39,998 bases of DNA from Fonticula alba ATCC 38817 (taxonomy: Eukaryota; Protista; Nucleariida): NCBI GenBank assembly GCA_000388065.2, contig KB932215.1; one strand, 5' to 3'. Below the pieces are notes generated by a model. It ran no database searches. It was not told the origin of the DNA and saw only the letters and a program-made list of their open reading frames with translations. The first letter of the stretch is position 1. Every line of letters starts with the position of its first letter. The translations under genes and the position numbers were made by a program. Below are positions 34,387 to 39,998 of this stretch, piece after piece.

Positions 34387-35292
34387 CAGACGAAGGCACA
34401 GCCATAAGACACATACCCGGAGGGAGAGACGCGGCGCGCGGCGGCGGATGATGGCGCTGACACCCGGGCGCAGAACCTGCGCCAAGTACGTGCGGGCCAG
34501 CTCGAGCCCCCGCTTGGCCAGCAGGGCCGACGCCACGGTGGACCCCCGGAGCAGGGTGGTCAGCTCGTGCTGCGGGAAGCGGAAGGGCTGGATGCCGCCC
34601 GGCGGAGGCTGCATGCCGTCGGAGGTGGCCGCGGCGACGGCCGTGGCGATGGCCACCGCCGAGGGGGTGGCATTGGAAGAGAGCCCGGCCGCGGCGGCGG
34701 CCTCCTCGACCGTGGCGGCGGGGGGGCCGCCGGCGCCCGCCGGCGCCGGAGGCACCGGGCTGACCGGGCCATCAGCCAGCACGGCCTGCGAGTAGAAGGA
34801 CGCCACCGTGGCATCCAGGCTGGCCGATCGCGAGAGGGACACCCCGCCGGAGAGGGGCCGGCTGCCGGCCGGCGCGCCGCCACGACGCCGGGGACTGGCC
34901 ATGCGCACCAGGTCCGACTCGCAGGGGGACACCACGGTCAGCCGCGGCAGGACCCCGGGCGCCGGGGGCTCCGGCGTGAAGGGGACCACGATGGCCGGCG
35001 GGGCACGCGATGACTCCGCCCGCCAGCCGGCCGACGAGCAGGACATCCCGGAGGAGGACCGGCTGATGGACGGGGATCCGGACCCGGCCCCGGCCGACGA
35101 GGAAGAGGAGGACATGGAAACCGAGCGCGAGTGGTAGCCACTGGAGGGGGGCTGCTGCTGCTGCTGTTGTTGTTGCTGTTGTTGCTGTTGTTGCTGCTGT
35201 TGTTGTTGTGGGGAGGGCGGGTGCTCGGTCCCGGTGGCATCCGCCGGCCCGGGAAGCCCGGCGGTCGGGAGGGTGGCTCCGAAGACGGACAT
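29175..35292 (-). CDS. Large RasGAP-family protein with polyQ, split RasGAP segments, low-complexity linkers and a C-terminal PH-like domain, about 1690 aa
   Basis: Exons (minus) 35292-34417, 34079-33948, 33806-33429, 33151-31583, 31289-29175; all four introns phase 0. RasGAP signatures TTLLRGS, YL...L.P, FLRFFGPAI..P, KVIQMMAN, KE; Q19 at 35152-35208; PH-like W..RYVLY..GQINIY...LILRPSD..V..EWL. The start codon is inferred. Confidence 0.82.
34150..34385. repeat. Polypurine tract with (AGAGAAAG)n, (AGAACAAG)n and (GA)n in RasGAP intron 1
   Basis: About a dozen AGAGAAAG octamers (about 34225-34320), a few AGAACAAG units, then (GA)n. Confidence 0.95.
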
Positions 35293-36661
35293 CACGGGCA
35301 GCAGAGCTGCTCGGGAGGCGGTGGCGACGGCGGTGGCGGCGACGACGGCAGGTGGCGGGGGGTGGGGCGCCTGATGGCCCAGATCATCGGCAGGCGCGGG
35401 GAGGACACGCGCGCGAGAGGGAGGGAGGAGGGGGCCGGGAGCGGGGCAGAGGGGGAGGGCGGAGAGCAAAAGGGCGACGAAGAGAGGGGGAGAGAGAGAG
35501 AGAGAGCAGGGAGGAGGCAGGGGGAGGGAGGGGGGACCGATGCGCCAGGGGAGGGGGGCTGGTCGAGAAAGGGGTGCCTTCGCCTCGGGGAGGGGGCCCG
35601 GTCGCGGGGGGGCAATTTTGAGCACCGCCCGCCGAGGCCGCCCCTCCCCCCCCCCCGCCCCGGGCTCCAAGGCGGAAACAAAAACAACGGCCCTTTCGCG
35701 GGGACGGAAAGGGGGGCAGGGGTGGTGCAGTGTGTATTCCCTCCCGGCCTTCCCCGGGGGGGGGGGGGGAAGCCGGGGTGTTGGGGAGCATCCATATCCA
35801 ACCCGCCGGCAGCCGCCGCCGCCTGTGCCCGGCCGCGGCGGGCGCGGTCGCGAGGACCCCCGCCAGACGGGCAGCGCATGCCAGAGGGGGGAGGGGGATG
35901 CGGTATGTGGGGCCAAGCTGGGGCGCCCTGGCGCGCCGGCGCCTCCCCCCCCCCGCCTCGCCGGGGGTGGCCTCGGTCAATGTCGGGCGTTGGGTCTGGC
36001 TGCGCTTGTTGCTCCGCCCGCCGCCCCCTCCTCTGAGAGGGGCGGCGTCCGCCCCGAAGGGCACCGGCTGGCCGTTGCTGGCACGGGGGCGCGCAAGCCC
36101 GTGGCATTTTCCGGCGGCTATGGCCCCGGCCAGCCTGCCGGGCTGCCCCCCTCCCCCCGGGGGGGGGGGGGGGACGGGGCCCCCGAACCCCGCCGCGCAC
36201 CAGCCAATAATACGCCCCTGGTGGCGGCCGGGCCGCCTGGGTATGGGGGCTGGGAAACGAGCCCGGGGGCACGCGCGCGCGCGCACCGTCGGCGGCGGCA
36301 CGGCAAATGCCCCGGGGCCCGCCGGCCGGGCGCACCCCCCCCCCCCCCCGGCACCGAAGGAGATGCCGCCCGGCCGGTCGACGCCGGCGATCTCTCGGCC
36401 AAGGAAAGCCCGCGCACCGAGGAGAGAGATGCGCGCGTGTCGCGACCGGGGCGCGGGGAAAACGGCCGGCCCCGGGTGCGGGGCACGCACGCGGCCCGGT
36501 GGGGCGGCTTTGGGCCGGAAAGGGGGGAGGGAGGGGGCTCGTTTCTGGGGAAGGGGCCGGAGGGGGGGGGGGGGGACACCAGCGCAGGGGCCGGGGCTTG
36601 TTTTTTTGCCTTGCCCACATTAATTTCCACCCCGCCGGGCACGCATGCGAAGGGGCGCGCC

Positions 36662-36697
<36 letters not shown>

Positions 36698-36785
36698 TAC
36701 GCGCCCGGGTGTCGCACGCAGACTCCCCCGCCGCCCCTCGGCCGGCCTCCCCTTGCGGGCCGCAATGATCACCCAGAAAACCGGC

Positions 36786-36832
36786 ATTATTATAATCGCC
36801 AGTACACACCGGCAGATATATACATAAAAAAT
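36786..36832. promoter_or_regulatory. Short AT-rich, TATA-like patch upstream of the RasGAP gene (possibly bidirectional)
   Basis: ATTATTATAAT (36786-36796) and ATATATACATAAAAAAT (36816-36832) inside very GC-rich DNA, about 1.5 kb 5' of the RasGAP ATG. Confidence 0.35.
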
Positions 36833-37409
36833 CCCCCTCTCGCACCCCCCCCCGAGCCCTGCTCCTTATTTTCCGCGACGCCCGCGCATCTGTGCGCACG
36901 CCCACCCAATGCCCGGACTATGCCGGCGCGCTCTTCCCACACGGCCCCCCGCGCCCGAAGGAGCGCCCCCCCGGCCCGCGGCGAGAGCCCCCCGGCCCGG
37001 GGTGCGCAAGACACATTCGCGGCCCCGGGGGAACCCGCAGCACGGCCTGCGCGTGCACGCTCCGACGGCCAGGGGGCGGGGGGGCATCTCTCGGGTACAC
37101 ACACGCGCGCACACAGGCACCTCTCTCTCGAGCTCGTCCTGGAATGCACGGCGGCGCCGGCCCCGACGCCGCTGGCGTTTGCACGCGGCACTCCTTCGGT
37201 GCGTTGACCACCGATCCGGCCGGCGAGGCTCCCGCACACCAGCCGGACTCGCCGGCACCGCCGCACCCGGCCGCACATTCCACCACACGCCGGCGGTGGG
37301 GTTGTTGCCCTCGCCCGCGCACAGCCGGGCCCTCTCTGACAGCGCGCGCGCGCGCGCGATCTGCACGGCGATCTCCCCCGCTCGCCAGTCCCTTTCCTCG
37401 TCCGCCATT

Positions 37410-37411
<2 letters not shown>

Positions 37412-37468
<57 letters not shown>

Positions 37469-37487
37469 CCCCCCCCCCCCCCCCCCC
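37412..37487. repeat. Poly-C tract, intergenic
   Basis: About 75 nt of nearly pure C. Confidence 0.85.
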
Positions 37488-39998
37488 GCTCCCCGGCCCG
37501 GCGCGTGGGACAACAACACGCGGAGTGTGGCGGCCCTCCTCGCCCGGTCGTGTGTTGTGCGTCTCTCCACCGCGGCGCGTTGGGACCGGGCCCTCCGCAG
37601 GAATGCCGGGGTCGCCGCCGCTGATAGCTCCTAAAATGGCCTTCCCGGGTCACGCACACCACGTGCACGTGCGCGCCCCTCCAAGCGAGTCGCGGCGTTT
37701 GAGGGCACTCGCCGGCCGTCGATGGAGAACAAACCGGAGAATGCGCGAACGAGCGAGCCTCAAGGGCGTCACAAAAGGTCCCCCCCCCCCCCCAGACCGA
37801 TGGCCCGCGTTCCTCTTGGACGCGTTTGAGAGGCAAACCCAGGGAGCTCCCCGAGGCGGCCAAGCCCACAGAGCAGGCTCCAGGCCGGCCCATCCGCGGA
37901 GAGGGGGGGCCTGTCGGTCCCGCCTCCTGGCGCACCCTGAGTTTTTCCGGTTCGCGGCCCGTCCCGCCCCCCCCCGCCCCCCGGCCCACGCCACGGCTGT
38001 CTCGCGCCCACGCCGCTGGGCTGCGTGCCCTGCGGCATTCCGCGACCGCGCCCTGTCCCGCATTCTGTCCGCGCGGGAATGGCACCCGGCGCGGCGGGCC
38101 GCCACCCCGGCCTGCCGTAACTCAGAGGGCATCTCAGTTTACGTGGCGCGGCCCCGGCCCCGGTGTGCGTTTCCCGGATGCGCTTGTCCCCGAGGTGGGG
38201 CGCCCCTTCGCTCGCCCCTTTGCTCGCCTGCTTGTGCCGGCTCTTCTCGCCTCGCGCATCGGGATGCCCCTCGGGCTGGCTTTGGACGCGCCCCCCCCCC
38301 CCCCTGCCCTGGCTGCCTCCGCCTGCCGGGGCTTGGGTCGGTAATCCCCTGCCCGCTTCTCGGCCATGTGCCACCCAGGCCTTGGCTGGCCGCGGCTCCA
38401 GGTGTGAGTGCAGCCTGGCCGGGCGGCAGCATGGCGGCGCGGTGATGTCTGCCTTGACGGCACCCGGGCCGGCCCGTGGCCCGGGCCGGTCTTCTTGTCC
38501 AATCTGCGTGATGATGGTCGCGCCATGCGTGCGAGGCCCTGGCTGGCCGAGCGCCGGTCCTGGGTGCAAGTCCCCCCCCCCCCTCACCCGGTGGCGAGCC
38601 GGCCGCCCGGTGCCTCCACCCTCGCGCCGCCATGTCGCCCCGGGTCCGGCTGCTCATGAGTGCGACCTCCGGGCCCATGGTGCGGCGCTGCCAACCGAGG
38701 CCAAGCGTGCCCGCTGGGGCGGGCCCAGCCCTGGAGCCCGGCGTAAGAGCCCCCACGGTTGGCCTGGTCTCCTCGCGTGGCTGTCTCCGGAGATGCCTCG
38801 CCACGCCGTGGTGCCCCGACCATGAGCAAGCATCTCACCGGGCCGCCCAGGCGGCCGCAACGTGTGGGTTGCCATCGCGGGGGCCTCCTTCTGCCGCGGT
38901 CGACCCGGGGCCCGGCACAATGGCCAATGGTCCTGCATGCCTCCCGGATATGCAGCCCACCGGCCCCCGGGGCTTGCTGCCGGCCCACTGGTCCTCGACG
39001 CGGTGTCAACACCCAGCCAGGACCGGGGGGCAGAAGAGACCGCCTGGGCGGCCGACGTCGCGCCACAGCCACTGGGCCTGAGCCATGCTCTCCGGGGCAG
39101 CCCACGCCGGCCAATAAAGAAGGACCGGTGCCGGGCCCCTCCTCGTGTGATCCATGCGCCCGGGGGCACCCTCGCCGCCGACCCCGCGCCAGTGTCATGC
39201 TGCCCGCAGCAGGCTACGGGGGGAGCTTCTGCGCCGGGACGGGGCGCTGTCAGGGGGCGGAATCCGCCGCAGCACCAGCCTCCACCTGCTCAGATTGTCC
39301 GCATGCCGCGTGCTCCCCCTTCGCCGGAGCGTGGCCGGCGGCCCTTGACGCCCGGTCCTCCGCGCCACCGGCGCCTCCCATCGGCCAGGCACATGGCTTC
39401 CCCGGTCCCCTGCCTCGCCCGGCGCCTCGCTCTACCGCTGCCTGTTTCCCACCCCGCTGCCCCTCGGCCGGCACTTTCTTCGCCTCTCCGCGGGTCGGCA
39501 TGCGTCCGAAAGCGGCCCTGGCATGCAGCGAGCCCGGGCCATCCCTTGTTCGGCCCGGCGCCACGCTCCCGGTCTCGGTAGAACCTGCGGAGACCCGCTG
39601 CAGGGGCACTTGCTGCGTCCATCCCGACAGGGACCGGCCTCCTCGCCCCGCTCGCCCCTTGGCACATCTTCCGGCCGCTGCCACTGTGGCGATCGGGTGC
39701 CGCCCAGGCCCGGCCGTCCGATGCGGTGCGGCCCGCCGAAGGGTCGGCGGAGCACATGCCACCGCGGTCGGCGTTGCCCTGGATGCGTGGCCAAATGTGC
39801 CCGGCAGGCACGGCCCTCCTCCGCCTCCCCGGGGCGGGGCCTCAGCTGGCCGGATTCACCCGGCCGCATGCCCCGCCGGAGTGTCCCACCCGGGGAGACT
39901 CGCATGGGGCGCGTCCCTGTGCCGAGGCATCGGCCACCGACCCTGGCTTGGTGTCCGGTGGGGGCCGGCCCGGCGCAGGGGGGGGGGGGGGGGGGGGG

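Noticed and set aside
34570-34908. Alternative intron within RasGAP exon 1 (donor GTGCGC at 34908, acceptor ...TTCCCGCAG near 34570)
   Set aside because: No CTRAC branch point precedes the acceptor and the frame is open; even if used it would not supply the missing GAP helices.
170-39905. Many long ORFs on both strands (e.g. 1283-2392, 4520-5767, 35292-36905, 35540-37207, 36892-38445)
   Set aside because: They are Pro/Arg/Gly/Ala-rich, run through N gaps or microsatellites, or shadow real exons; expected when stop codons are rare at high GC.

Overview
GC-rich, intron-rich eukaryotic DNA with many microsatellites and several N gaps; no prokaryotic, CRISPR, rRNA/tRNA or transposase features were found. 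The style (high GC, CTRAC branch points, poly-C/G and CA/GT tracts) suggests a unicellular opisthokont such as Fonticula alba (inference only). I reconstructed seven spliced genes by hand, with splice phases closing in frame (Rab3GAP1 apart, where an exon falls in a gap): Rab3GAP catalytic subunit (3' part, +), MTO1/GidA (+), a PQ-loop transporter (+), phosphomannomutase (+), RIO1 kinase (-), an LSD1/KDM1-family demethylase (-) and a large RasGAP-PH protein (-). Most unusual: (1) the RasGAP domain appears split with its halves in reversed order about 900 aa apart, each carrying an arginine-finger-like motif; (2) the KDM1 protein lacks the Tower and adds a C2H2 finger plus a probable second SWIRM; (3) all 37 coding-region intron donors have a pyrimidine at +4 (consensus GTRYGY), never the canonical A; (4) the Rab3GAP motif that carries arginines in animals has none; (5) an 8-bp ATACAG-NN variant-repeat array; (6) a cluster of T-box-like sites. 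Most long ORFs in the track are GC or shadow artefacts.
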